A stretch of DNA of 64,000 nucleotides, from assembly GCA_025059805.1 (NCBI GenBank), contig JANXDG010000068.1, positions 39,838 to 103,837 on the forward strand, in the 5' to 3' direction. A program made the position numbers and the translations under genes. The stretch is from Endomicrobiia bacterium. Its GTDB lineage: Bacteria > Elusimicrobiota > Endomicrobiia > DTEH01. The notes under the pieces are model-generated. The model did not search any database and had not been told where the DNA came from. It worked only from the letters and a program-made list of their open reading frames with translations. How positions within the stretch are numbered: the stretch's first letter is position 1; every line of letters starts with the position of its first letter. This document shows, in pieces, positions 51,338 through 61,316 of the stretch.

Positions 51338-52207
51338 ATGAAAACACAAAAACTTATAGTATTAATGACAGATTTTGGTAACGATTTTTATGTTGGCCAG
51401 ATGAAGGGTGTCATCAGGTCTATAAATCCAAAAGTAGAGATAATTGATCTGTGCCACAATATTTTACCACAGAATATAATACAGGCAGCCGTGATACTTC
51501 ATTCTTCATATAGATTTTTCCCATCAGGGACAATTTTTATATGTGTAGTGGATCCAGGTGTTGGAACTAAGAGGGAAATATTGGTAGTAAAAACAAATGG
51601 ATATCTTTTCATAGTACCAAATAATGGAATAATTACAAAAATTGTTGAAACGGAATCTCATTGTAAAATTTATAAAGTGTATAATTCAGATTATTTTCTT
51701 AAGGATGTGAGTAATACTTTTCATGGAAGGGATATATTTTCTCCAGTAGCAGCATATCTTTCCAAAGGAGTAAGAATCTTATCTCTATGTAAACTTTTCC
51801 ATAAAGACAAATTACAGATTTTATCTGAACTAAAACCTGAGTTAATAAAATTAGAAGGAAAGAAATTGTTTGTAGGTAGGTATATTTTTCATGATAGTTT
51901 TGGGAATATTGTTACAAATCTTAGTTCTGAATTAGTTGACAAAACCAAAATTACAGATTATAGTTTAGCAATAAAGTATGATAACAAAATAGTATTTAAT
52001 TTAAAATTTAAAACTTGTTATTCAGATGTAAATCCTGGTGAGTTTCTTGTTTATTTAAATTCTTTTGGATATGTAGAGGTAGCTGTGAATAAGGGTAGCG
52101 CGTATAAAACTCTAGGAGATAAATTTCGTTATCTTAATAAACTACAGTTTGAACTATCCTATGAGCCAAATATTAAAGGTAAGAACTACAAAACAATTCA
52201 AAAATAG
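51338..52207 (+). CDS. SAM hydroxide adenosyltransferase / SAM hydrolase (DUF62; fluorinase/chlorinase fold)
   Basis: LMTDFGNDFYVGQMKGVI and VVDPGVGT match the DUF62 N-domain. Confidence 0.7.
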   Translation: MKTQKLIVLMTDFGNDFYVGQMKGVIRSINPKVEIIDLCHNILPQNIIQAAVILHSSYRFFPSGTIFICVVDPGVGTKREILVVKTNGYLFIVPNNGIITKIVETESHCKIYKVYNSDYFLKDVSNTFHGRDIFSPVAAYLSKGVRILSLCKLFHKDKLQILSELKPELIKLEGKKLFVGRYIFHDSFGNIVTNLSSELVDKTKITDYSLAIKYDNKIVFNLKFKTCYSDVNPGEFLVYLNSFGYVEVAVNKGSAYKTLGDKFRYLNKLQFELSYEPNIKGKNYKTIQK

Positions 52208-53348
52208 AATTCAATATGGTTATCTTTGGTTATTTTCTAATGAGATTGATAAAAAAGATTTACCTAAAGAAATTGCGTGTGTTGAAGTGTACGATTCTAA
52301 AGATAATTTTCTATGCACGGGAGTTTATAATCCTTACTCGTTAATTTCTTTGCGAGTAATAAGTAGGAACAAGGAAGAAAGTTTTAATAAATATTTTTTT
52401 AAAAGAAAAATTATTGAATCTCTCAATCGTAGAATTCAGTATGGGTTTGACGAAAGGTATTGTAGAATTATATACGGGGAAAGTGATTTCCTTCCAGGCG
52501 TAGTAATTGATCGTTATGATAATATCATTGCGATACAATTCTTTTCCTATGCAATGGAACTCTTTATGAATGTAATTATAGATTCAGTCGTAGAGATTTT
52601 TTCTCCAGATACTATAGTAATAAGGAATGATATTCATCAACGTAGATTAGAACATGCACCTGAGTATAAAAAAATTGTTTATTCAAAAAATAGTAACAAA
52701 AATAATATTACAACTATAATTGAACATTTAGGAGCAAAATTTTTAGTTGATGTTTATAATGGTCAAAAGACAGGCTTTTACTACGACCAATTAGATAATC
52801 GGAAATATATTGCATCCTTAGTTAGAAACAAAAGTGTATTGGATCTTTGTTGCTATACTGGAGGATTTAGTATAATTTCATCACTAAATGGAGCAAGTAA
52901 TATTACAGGTGTAGATTCATCATCTACGGCTATCCATCTTGCTAAAGAAAATGCCAAGCTAAACAAAACAAAAGTTGAATTTATAGAAGCTGATGTAGAA
53001 GATTTCGTTAGCAACAGTAAAAAGAAGTATGACTTAATTATTTTTGATCCACCTTCGTATGCAAGAACTAACCAAGATGTCAAAAATGCTGAAAAAAAAT
53101 ATTACTCAATGTGTAACAAAATAATAAAATTACTTAATTCAGAAGGAATATTTGCTTTTTCTGTATGTTCAAGATTTATCAGCCAGCAAAAAATAGAACA
53201 AATAATACAATCTTGTTTGTTGAAAAACAAGCTAAAAGGTTTTATATTATACAGAGGAATACAATCCTTAGATCATCCAGTATATCTACCAATGAAACAG
53301 GAAACTGAATATTTAAAATTTATAGTAGTTCAAGTTTATAAAAGTTAA
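52161..53348 (+). CDS. rlmI: Class I SAM-dependent rRNA (cytosine-C5) methyltransferase, RlmI-like (PUA + MTase)
   Basis: VLDLCCYTGGFSI (SAM site) and LIIFDPPSYAR. The tracked ORF starts at TTG 52149; ATG 52161 is more likely. Confidence 0.65.
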   Translation: MSQILKVRTTKQFKNRIQYGYLWLFSNEIDKKDLPKEIACVEVYDSKDNFLCTGVYNPYSLISLRVISRNKEESFNKYFFKRKIIESLNRRIQYGFDERYCRIIYGESDFLPGVVIDRYDNIIAIQFFSYAMELFMNVIIDSVVEIFSPDTIVIRNDIHQRRLEHAPEYKKIVYSKNSNKNNITTIIEHLGAKFLVDVYNGQKTGFYYDQLDNRKYIASLVRNKSVLDLCCYTGGFSIISSLNGASNITGVDSSSTAIHLAKENAKLNKTKVEFIEADVEDFVSNSKKKYDLIIFDPPSYARTNQDVKNAEKKYYSMCNKIIKLLNSEGIFAFSVCSRFISQQKIEQIIQSCLLKNKLKGFILYRGIQSLDHPVYLPMKQETEYLKFIVVQVYKS

Positions 53349-53360
53349 GAAGGTCTTACT

Positions 53361-53768
53361 ATGAAAGATCTAAATGGACTTTACCATAAAATAAAATCTC
53401 TGAAACCAAAGTTTGACAAAATATCACCAGAACTGTTAATAGCTGTTAAATACGATTATCCTAATAATAAAATAATAATAGAAACTGAAACACAAGAGTT
53501 TACTTGTGTCTGTCCATGGAGTGGTTTACCAGACTATGGGATATTAAGAATTAAGTATGTGCCAAAAAATTTGTGTGTTGAATTGAAATCACTTAAATAC
53601 TATATTCAAAGCTATCGCAATGTTGGGATTATGCATGAAAATGCATTAAACAAAATATTTGATGATTTGTGGAATTTACTAAAGCCAAGATGGTTGTATG
53701 TAGAGATAGAATTTTTTACTCGTGGCGGGATCACTACTATAGTTAAAAGAGAAAAAGGAGTAAAGTAG
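53361..53768 (+). CDS. queF: NADPH-dependent 7-cyano-7-deazaguanine reductase (unimodular type)
   Basis: FTCVCPWSGLPDYG with the catalytic Cys. 135 aa. Confidence 0.85.
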   Translation: MKDLNGLYHKIKSLKPKFDKISPELLIAVKYDYPNNKIIIETETQEFTCVCPWSGLPDYGILRIKYVPKNLCVELKSLKYYIQSYRNVGIMHENALNKIFDDLWNLLKPRWLYVEIEFFTRGGITTIVKREKGVK

Positions 53769-53770
53769 TA

Positions 53771-55165
53771 ATGTTAGACGTTTTTAGCAGAGTTAAACGT
53801 ATCCATCTTGTAGGGATTGGTGGTAGTGGTATGAGCGGTATTGCTGAAGTTTTACTCAATCTAGGATATAATGTTTCTGGTTCAGATGTTAAGGATAGTG
53901 ATGTTATACGGAGATTAAAAAAATTAGGTGCAAAAATTGTTATCGGACATAAGAATGAAAATGTGAAAGATGTGGATGTTGTAGTGTTTTCCTCTGCAAT
54001 AAAACCAACGAATCCAGAATTGTTAGCTGCAAGGAAACTCAAAATTCCTGTTATCCCAAGGATTGAAATGTTAGCAGAAATAGCTAGGATGAAATATACA
54101 ATAAGTGTTTGTGGAACACATGGTAAAACTACAACTACTTCAATGTTAGGACTTTTATTAGATTGTTGTGGCTATGATCCGACAATCGTAGTTGGGGGTA
54201 AATTTAAAAACATAGGTTCCTCTGCAAAACTTGGCAAAGGGAAGTTTATAGTTATAGAATCCGATGAAAGTGACGGTTCGTTCCTACGCTTATCTCCGTA
54301 CAGTGTAATATGCACAAATATAGACAATGACCATTTGGATAATTATAAGTCAATGAATATGTTAAAGGAAGCATTCTTAAGACATTTTAACTCAGTACCA
54401 TTTTATGGTTTTAATATACTGTATGGTGATGATATAAATATAAAATCAATATTACAAAAAGTTAAAAGAAAGTTTTATACATATGGCATAGAAGAAAGTA
54501 ATACTTTTTATGCTAAGAATATAATTGTTAACCCACAAAGTGTCGAATACGATATATACAGCAATGGTAGTTATATAGGTAAAATAAAACTCCGGATTAC
54601 AGGAATTCATAACGTATTAAATGCATTAGCTGTTGTATCTTTTGGATTACTTTCAGAGATAAGCTTTAAAGAAATAAAATCTGCGTTAAGTTCATTTTTA
54701 GGCGTAGACCGCAGGTTAGAATACAAGGGTACAATAGTTAGTAATGGTAAAAAAATTGATATATATGACGATTACGGTCATCATCCAACAGAAATATATT
54801 TTACCTTGGAAGCATTAAGAGTAAAAGCTGCTAACAGAAAATTAGTTGTTATATTTCAACCACACAGATATACGCGAACAAAATTATTGTACAAGGAATT
54901 TCCAAAAGCATTTTCTAAGTTAGACAAAATTTTTCTTACTGAAATTTATCCAGCTAGCGAGAAACCTATACCTGGTGTGTCCTCCAAACTTATTTATGAC
55001 GAGCTTAAAAGTAAGAAGTTTGATGTTGAGATGTTTAGTAAATCAAGATTATTAAAATACATTAAAAATTTGCAGAACGACTGTGTAGTTTTAACATTAG
55101 GTGCAGGTGATGTTTATAAACTAGCAGAATGGTTAATAGATAAGTATGGAACAGGAAATTGTTGA
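53771..55165 (+). CDS. murC: UDP-N-acetylmuramate--L-alanine ligase
   Basis: IHLVGIGGSGMSGIA, GTHGKTTTTSM, DDYGHHPTEI. Confidence 0.92.
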   Translation: MLDVFSRVKRIHLVGIGGSGMSGIAEVLLNLGYNVSGSDVKDSDVIRRLKKLGAKIVIGHKNENVKDVDVVVFSSAIKPTNPELLAARKLKIPVIPRIEMLAEIARMKYTISVCGTHGKTTTTSMLGLLLDCCGYDPTIVVGGKFKNIGSSAKLGKGKFIVIESDESDGSFLRLSPYSVICTNIDNDHLDNYKSMNMLKEAFLRHFNSVPFYGFNILYGDDINIKSILQKVKRKFYTYGIEESNTFYAKNIIVNPQSVEYDIYSNGSYIGKIKLRITGIHNVLNALAVVSFGLLSEISFKEIKSALSSFLGVDRRLEYKGTIVSNGKKIDIYDDYGHHPTEIYFTLEALRVKAANRKLVVIFQPHRYTRTKLLYKEFPKAFSKLDKIFLTEIYPASEKPIPGVSSKLIYDELKSKKFDVEMFSKSRLLKYIKNLQNDCVVLTLGAGDVYKLAEWLIDKYGTGNC

Positions 55166-56072
55166 ACAAATTAAAAATCATAATCTTATCTTTAAATTAG
55201 ATGAACCGTTAAGTAAATATACAACACTGAAAATTGGTGGGCCAGCGAGATACCTTGTTTTTGTAAGAAATATAAATGAGTTAATAAAAATTTTGCAGAT
55301 AGCAAAATGGTATAATCAAAAAATATTAATCATAGGTGCGGGTTCAAACTTGCTTATCTCTGATGAAGGTTTTGACGGTATTGTAATAAAATTAAAAAAT
55401 GAACTTTGCAAGATAGATCTAAAATCACAAGAACTTATAGCATACGGTGGTGCAATGTTGCCTATGGTTATAAAGACAGCAGTAGATGCGGGACTTTCTG
55501 GACTTGAAGAGTTGTTTGGTATACCTGGGACTGTAGGTGGAGCTGTCATAATGAATGCAGGGACTAAAATTGCTTGTATATCTGACAATCTTGAATATAT
55601 AGAAGTAATAAAAACAGATGAACCAGAGGATGGTTTAATCAGGTTAAATAAGAATGAAATTAATTTTGATTATAGAACAAGTGGATTAGAAGAAAACTAT
55701 GTAATAGTCAAAGTGGTGTTTAGATTAAAATCTTCTAACAGTGAAATGTTAAAAGCAAGAATTAATGAAGTTTTACTTGAACGAATAAAAACTCAGCCAT
55801 TGGGTACTTTTAATGCTGGATGTATATTTAAAAATCCTAAACATAGCTTTTTTACCTCGGCAAAGTTGATAGAAGAATGTGGATTAAAAGGTTATCGTGT
55901 AGGTGATGCTTATGTATCAGATAAACATGCAAATTTTATAATTAACCGACAAAATGCTACGGCTAAAGATTTCGTAGAAATTATGACACATATTATTAAG
56001 GTTGTTAAAGAAAAATTCAATGTTGAACTTGAACCAGAGATTAAACTAATAGGCTTAAAATTAGATATTTAA
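55146..56072 (+). CDS. murB: UDP-N-acetylenolpyruvoylglucosamine reductase
   Basis: FAD-binding IGAGSNLLISDEGFDG, then GCIFKNP. Confidence 0.88.
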   Translation: MEQEIVEQIKNHNLIFKLDEPLSKYTTLKIGGPARYLVFVRNINELIKILQIAKWYNQKILIIGAGSNLLISDEGFDGIVIKLKNELCKIDLKSQELIAYGGAMLPMVIKTAVDAGLSGLEELFGIPGTVGGAVIMNAGTKIACISDNLEYIEVIKTDEPEDGLIRLNKNEINFDYRTSGLEENYVIVKVVFRLKSSNSEMLKARINEVLLERIKTQPLGTFNAGCIFKNPKHSFFTSAKLIEECGLKGYRVGDAYVSDKHANFIINRQNATAKDFVEIMTHIIKVVKEKFNVELEPEIKLIGLKLDI

Positions 56073-56086
56073 ATATGATTCAATAA

Positions 56087-57016
56087 ATGAGAAAGATAAA
56101 AATAGCAGTATTGTATGGTGGATTTTCATCAGAACGGAATATCAGTCTTAAGACAGGACGTGCTGTATTTGAAAATCTTAAAAAATGGAAAGATTTTGAT
56201 GTAAAACTTGTTGACCTTAAAAAAGAATATTGTTTGGAACAAGTTTTGTCACTAAAAAAACAAAGAATAGACCTTGTGTTCATAGCATTACACGGAAAAT
56301 TTGGTGAAGATGGTAAATTACAAACTCTACTTGATACTTTAGGTATTAAATACACAGGTGCTGATTCTACATCATCAATGATTGCAATGAATAAACACCT
56401 AACTAAAATACTTCTTAAGGGAAATGGAATACCCACTCCTGAGTGGGAGAATATAAATTCAATTGAGGAGATTGAACATATTAAATTAAAACCTCCTATA
56501 GTTGTCAAACCTTCAGATGAAGGTTCAACTATAGGTGTATCTGTTGTCAGAAATAAAAATGAATTAGCATTCGCTGTGAGAAAAGCTTTGAGATATAGTA
56601 CCACAGTGATTATTGAAAAATTTATCAATGGAAAAGAAATTACAGTACCAATACTTGATAGTGAAATACTTCCAATGATTGAGATAGTCCCAAGGCTTAG
56701 TGAGTATTATGATTTCAAATCTAAATATAGTAAAGGTGGATCTCAACATATCATCCCACCACAAGTTGATAGAAAGATGATAAGCAAAATAGCTGACATC
56801 GCGAGAAAAGCAGCTAGAGTCATAGGTTGTGAAATACTTTGCAGAATTGATTTAATTCTTGATAAAGATAGAAATACACCTTATGTCTTAGAGGTAAATA
56901 CTATACCTGGAATGACACCTACTTCTCTTTTACCAGAAGCGGCAAGTTATTGCGGAATTACTTTTCCAGAATTGGTTAGAAAAATTGTTTTTTCCTCATT
57001 GAAAAAGTATGAGTAA
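56087..57016 (+). CDS. ddl: D-alanine--D-alanine ligase
   Basis: KIAVLYGGFSSERNISL, ALHGKFGEDG, LEVNTIPGMT. Confidence 0.9.
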   Translation: MRKIKIAVLYGGFSSERNISLKTGRAVFENLKKWKDFDVKLVDLKKEYCLEQVLSLKKQRIDLVFIALHGKFGEDGKLQTLLDTLGIKYTGADSTSSMIAMNKHLTKILLKGNGIPTPEWENINSIEEIEHIKLKPPIVVKPSDEGSTIGVSVVRNKNELAFAVRKALRYSTTVIIEKFINGKEITVPILDSEILPMIEIVPRLSEYYDFKSKYSKGGSQHIIPPQVDRKMISKIADIARKAARVIGCEILCRIDLILDKDRNTPYVLEVNTIPGMTPTSLLPEAASYCGITFPELVRKIVFSSLKKYE

Positions 57017-57779
57017 ATATCGTAGTTATAAAATATCGTTGAGAAGAAAAAAAAGTAGTAAAGTTTTAAGAATTGGAAGAATTATTGTTCTCCTAGCAGT
57101 AATAGTTTTAGCTGGCAAATATTTTAAATTAGTAACGATGAAAATTAAAGATATCTTTTCTATTAAAGAGGTTATCATATTAAAAAATAATACGACAGTT
57201 CCAGATGATGTATTACTGAATAATTTTTCTACACCAATGACGGTTTTAACTTATACTAAAACATTGAGTAATATTAAAAAAATATATCCCGAGATAAAAC
57301 AGCTTAAAGTCTTAGGTATACCTTTTCAAAAGCTAAAGTTAGAAGTTATATCTGAAATTCCAATATATTACACTAAGGTAAAAGAACAAACAAAATTTTT
57401 CTCAAAAACCATAGGATGGTACAGTGTGTACGATGTAAGTCTTGTTTCACTTAAAAATTTGATCGAGTTAGAAAATAGAATAGAGGACAAAAATATTTTA
57501 TTCTTAACAGATAAAATAGTTAGAAAAATTTGTTGTAGTAAATTAAAGGGTGAAATTATTAAAATAATTGTTGGGGAAAATGGTGAGTGGAACTTGATTA
57601 TAAGAAAAGAAGATGGACAGTCACAATTGTTAGTAGATGAGAATATAATAGATATTGATGAAGAAGATCTTCATTTTATCATTTCGCATATGAACAGGTT
57701 TGCTGGTAAAATCTATGCAAGGTTAATTACCGAAGGTAGAATATATGTTGAAGAAAACGAACAAAAGTTGTATAATTAA
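57009..57779 (+). CDS. ftsQ: Cell division protein FtsQ/DivIB-like
   Basis: Basic N-terminus plus one TM (IIVLLAVIVLAG), then a POTRA-like region. Sits between ddl and ftsA. Confidence 0.6.
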   Translation: MSKYRSYKISLRRKKSSKVLRIGRIIVLLAVIVLAGKYFKLVTMKIKDIFSIKEVIILKNNTTVPDDVLLNNFSTPMTVLTYTKTLSNIKKIYPEIKQLKVLGIPFQKLKLEVISEIPIYYTKVKEQTKFFSKTIGWYSVYDVSLVSLKNLIELENRIEDKNILFLTDKIVRKICCSKLKGEIIKIIVGENGEWNLIIRKEDGQSQLLVDENIIDIDEEDLHFIISHMNRFAGKIYARLITEGRIYVEENEQKLYN

Positions 57780-57802
57780 TCATAATCAATGAGGGAACAG
57801 CA

Positions 57803-59092
57803 ATGGCAAAAGAAGAAATATACTGTGGGTTAGATATAGGTTCAGGTCGTGTAACTGGTATATTGTCTAAATATAATGTAGAACACGAGTTGATAGAAGT
57901 TATAGCTGGATGTCAGCTTACTGACAGGGAAGCACTGTCAGCCGGTGTAATAAAGGATATTAATAAAAGTGCACGACTTATTAATGATGTTATCACTTCG
58001 TTGGAAGATATGGCAAAAGTTGAGAAAACAAAATTAATTGTTGGTGTGCGTGGGATTTTTGTTAGTACTTATGATACAACGGCACAAATACCAATAACTT
58101 CAACGGATAGAACAATTACTGCTGAAGATCAGGAAAAAGTTAACGATCATGCTGTTAAAAATTTACGGCTTTCAAATGATCGTATAATGATGGCGTTAAT
58201 ACCACAGGAGTATATAATAGATGGTCAACCCGGAATAAGTAATCCTGTGAACATGGAAGGAAGTATGCTGGAAGTGAAAGCACATGCCGTAGTAGCTTAT
58301 TCAAGTTTCTTAAGAAACATAGAACGTACATTTTCCGAGGCTAATTGTTTACCTGACAGTATACATTATGGGTTGATACCTGTTGGTCAACTTATTACTG
58401 AACCAGAAGAACGAAGGTTAGGTTGTGTTGTAATAGATTTTAGTGGACAGTCAATAGGTGTCATTGCGTATAATGATGGTTGTATAAGATTTAGTAAAGA
58501 ATTTAATTGTAAAGATATAGATCTTGGTGCTGACCTTGTTACAAGGGAAATTGCAGCTTATTATAAAACATCATGGAATATTGCTGAAAATGTAAAACAT
58601 ATGTTTGGAGTTGCACAACCTTCGTCAGTGAAAAAGGATGAACAAATTGAATTTAGGACAAGAGATGGCAAAACGAGGGTTACAAGTAAAAAAGAACTTG
58701 CCAGAATCATAGCTGAAGTTATAGAATCTATTTTTTTAGATCGTATCTTTCCAGAATTGAGGAAAATACAATGGATTGATCTAGCGTTACAATATGGTGA
58801 TGTAGTATTAACTGGCGGTGGTGCAAATTTATGTGGTATAACAGATGCCCTACGCGAGTTATTTAAAAGTGAGTATACAGAAGTCGAAGGAAGTATAGAC
58901 GTACGTCCTGGTAATATAGGCAGTGAATGCGGTATCATAGGTGATGAAGATATAATTTCAAACTTCTCTTATTCTACGGCGATAAGTTTAGTAAAATACG
59001 AAATTGAAAATCAGCAAAAACCGTTTAGAGGTAGGTCACAAGATAAAGGATTAAAAAAATTTTTCAAAAAAATATGGAGCATATTTGAGTAA
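57803..59092 (+). CDS. ftsA: Cell division protein FtsA
   Basis: YCGLDIGSGRV, actin-fold motifs, VLTGGGANLCGI. Confidence 0.9.
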   Translation: MAKEEIYCGLDIGSGRVTGILSKYNVEHELIEVIAGCQLTDREALSAGVIKDINKSARLINDVITSLEDMAKVEKTKLIVGVRGIFVSTYDTTAQIPITSTDRTITAEDQEKVNDHAVKNLRLSNDRIMMALIPQEYIIDGQPGISNPVNMEGSMLEVKAHAVVAYSSFLRNIERTFSEANCLPDSIHYGLIPVGQLITEPEERRLGCVVIDFSGQSIGVIAYNDGCIRFSKEFNCKDIDLGADLVTREIAAYYKTSWNIAENVKHMFGVAQPSSVKKDEQIEFRTRDGKTRVTSKKELARIIAEVIESIFLDRIFPELRKIQWIDLALQYGDVVLTGGGANLCGITDALRELFKSEYTEVEGSIDVRPGNIGSECGIIGDEDIISNFSYSTAISLVKYEIENQQKPFRGRSQDKGLKKFFKKIWSIFE

Positions 59093-59098
59093 CTATCT

Positions 59099-60187
59099 AT
59101 GTCTACAGAAGTATTGACAAAAAAGTACCCAATAAGAATAAAAATAATAGGTGTAGGTGGAGCAGGAGGTAATGCTGTTAATAGGATGGTTTCTACAGAA
59201 CTTATTGAAACCTCCGAAGTAGAGATTATAAGTATAAATACTGATTTACAAGCACTTAGAAATTCTAAGGCTCCAATAGTTATCCAAATAGGTCCTAAAA
59301 CAACAAAAGGACAGGGTTCCGGTGGAAATCCTGCTGTTGGTAAACAAGCAGCAGAGGAGTCAATAGAAACCATTCGTGATCTTATCACAAACACTGATAT
59401 GTTATTTTTGACCTGTGGGATGGGAAAAGGTACTGGTACAGGTGCAACTCCTGTAGTAGCAAGACTTGCAAGAGAGATGGATATACTAACAGTTGCTGTT
59501 GTAACAAAACCGTTTAAGTTTGAAGGACCAAAGATAATGGAAAATGCAGAAAATGGTATCTCTGAACTAAAGAAATATGTTGATGCGTTTTTAGTGATAC
59601 CCAATGATAAATTTATCGAACTATATCCAAACCTAAGTTTTACAGATGTGTTATATCGTCTCGCAGATGATGTATTGTTTAAAGCAGTTTTTAGCATGTT
59701 AAACGTAATAAGACGTCCAGGATTTGTAAATGTAGATTTTGCTGATGCGAGGAATGTTTTAAAAGGTGCTGGAGAGATAATTATGTCTTACGGTGTAGAA
59801 AAATCCGAAACTGAAGGAGCGTTAAAAAAAGCAATTAAAAGTGCAATTAATAACCCTTTCCTAAATGTAAACATTCGTGGTGCAAAGAAGTTTTTGGTAA
59901 ACTTTTCAGGGAAAAATATCTTATCAGCTGACGTATCAGCTGCTGGTGAATACTTACGACAATTTTTAGACAATAAAGATGCGTTGTTATTTCTGGGATA
60001 TGTTACTTCTGAAGAATTTGAAGATAAAGTTGAAGTAACTATTATTGCTAGCGGATTTCAAATTGTTTCAGATAAGGGTAAAACACGAAAGTATATAAAG
60101 CCTACCAGTGATATTGAAAGTTCTACCATAACAACTGAAATTGAACCAAAATTTTATAGAACAGGAAGATTACGTGTCTTAAAATGA
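59099..60187 (+). CDS. ftsZ: Cell division GTPase FtsZ
   Basis: IIGVGGAGGNAVNRM, GGGTGTGATPVVA (tubulin signature). Confidence 0.95.
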   Translation: MSTEVLTKKYPIRIKIIGVGGAGGNAVNRMVSTELIETSEVEIISINTDLQALRNSKAPIVIQIGPKTTKGQGSGGNPAVGKQAAEESIETIRDLITNTDMLFLTCGMGKGTGTGATPVVARLAREMDILTVAVVTKPFKFEGPKIMENAENGISELKKYVDAFLVIPNDKFIELYPNLSFTDVLYRLADDVLFKAVFSMLNVIRRPGFVNVDFADARNVLKGAGEIIMSYGVEKSETEGALKKAIKSAINNPFLNVNIRGAKKFLVNFSGKNILSADVSAAGEYLRQFLDNKDALLFLGYVTSEEFEDKVEVTIIASGFQIVSDKGKTRKYIKPTSDIESSTITTEIEPKFYRTGRLRVLK

Positions 60188-61299
60188 CGCAATCAACGGA
60201 TAAAATTACAACAATAATTAAAAAATTTTTACAAGCCAAGGCAAGCGATCTCCATATAAGGACTGGCTGTAAACCTTATATTCGTATTTGTGGTAAGTTA
60301 GACGTAATGGGAGAAGAATCAGAATTAAATGAAACAGAAGTTCAAAATTTTGTTTATAGTCTTTTAACACCACAACAGCGAGAAAAATTTGAAAAAGACA
60401 AGGAATGTGATATAGGATACAATTTTCAGAATTTGGCAAGATTAAGGATGAATATTTTCTATCAACGTGGTGTAATAAACATAGCAATAAGGAATATACC
60501 ATTAGAAGTTCCGTCAAAGGAAGAATTGGCATTACCTGAAGTTATATATCGCTTAGCAGAAAATGTAAGAGGTTTAGTTTTGGTGACAGGTCCAGCTGGT
60601 TCTGGTAAATCTACGACTTTGGCAAGTATGATTGATTATATAAATTCCACAAGAGCAGCACATATTGTTACAATAGAGGATCCTATTGAATTTATACATA
60701 AGGATAAAAAATCAATAATATCACAAAGGGAAGTTCCTTATGATACAGCATCTTTTATTTCAGCACTGAGGCATGTTGTGAGGCAAAATCCGGATGTCAT
60801 ACTTATAGGTGAAATGCGTGATTTAGAAACTATGCAGGCAGCACTTACTGCTGCACAACTTGGACATTTTGTACTTTCAACAGTTCATACTGTGGATACC
60901 GTACAAACGATTTCAAGGATTATAGATATGTTTCCTATGCATCAACAAAATCAAGTTAGACTACAGTTAGCAGATACTTTAAGAGGAATAATTGCGCAAA
61001 GGTTGCTGCCTAGGAAAGATGGCGGGGGATTAATACCAGCACTTGAGATTTTAGTTGTCACACCCGCTGTAAGAAAATGTATAGAAGAAAAAAATTTAGG
61101 TGACATTACGAATTTGATTAAACAGGGTAAACACTATGGTATGCAGACTTTTAATCAGTCATTATTAGATTTGTATAAAAGTGGGAAAATAAAACTGGAA
61201 GATGCACTTTATGCCGCAACAAGTCCTGAGGATTTGATGCTTGCGATTAAAGGCATACAGACATCTAGCGAGCCTTCACAGATTTTCGAAAGGTTTTAA
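60184..61299 (+). CDS. pilT: Type IV pilus retraction ATPase PilT
   Basis: Walker A LVTGPAGSGKST, TIEDPIEF, the His box, and PilT-specific AIRNIP. ATGA overlap with ftsZ. Confidence 0.85.
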   Translation: MTQSTDKITTIIKKFLQAKASDLHIRTGCKPYIRICGKLDVMGEESELNETEVQNFVYSLLTPQQREKFEKDKECDIGYNFQNLARLRMNIFYQRGVINIAIRNIPLEVPSKEELALPEVIYRLAENVRGLVLVTGPAGSGKSTTLASMIDYINSTRAAHIVTIEDPIEFIHKDKKSIISQREVPYDTASFISALRHVVRQNPDVILIGEMRDLETMQAALTAAQLGHFVLSTVHTVDTVQTISRIIDMFPMHQQNQVRLQLADTLRGIIAQRLLPRKDGGGLIPALEILVVTPAVRKCIEEKNLGDITNLIKQGKHYGMQTFNQSLLDLYKSGKIKLEDALYAATSPEDLMLAIKGIQTSSEPSQIFERF

Positions 61300-61316
61300 A
61301 AATCTAATCCTACCAG

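Noticed and set aside
56080-56628. 182-aa - strand ORF overlapping ddl
   Set aside because: Antisense to ddl with no homology signal.
59011-59697. 228-aa - strand ORF overlapping ftsA/ftsZ
   Set aside because: Antisense to two unmistakable conserved genes. No RBS and a low-complexity product.
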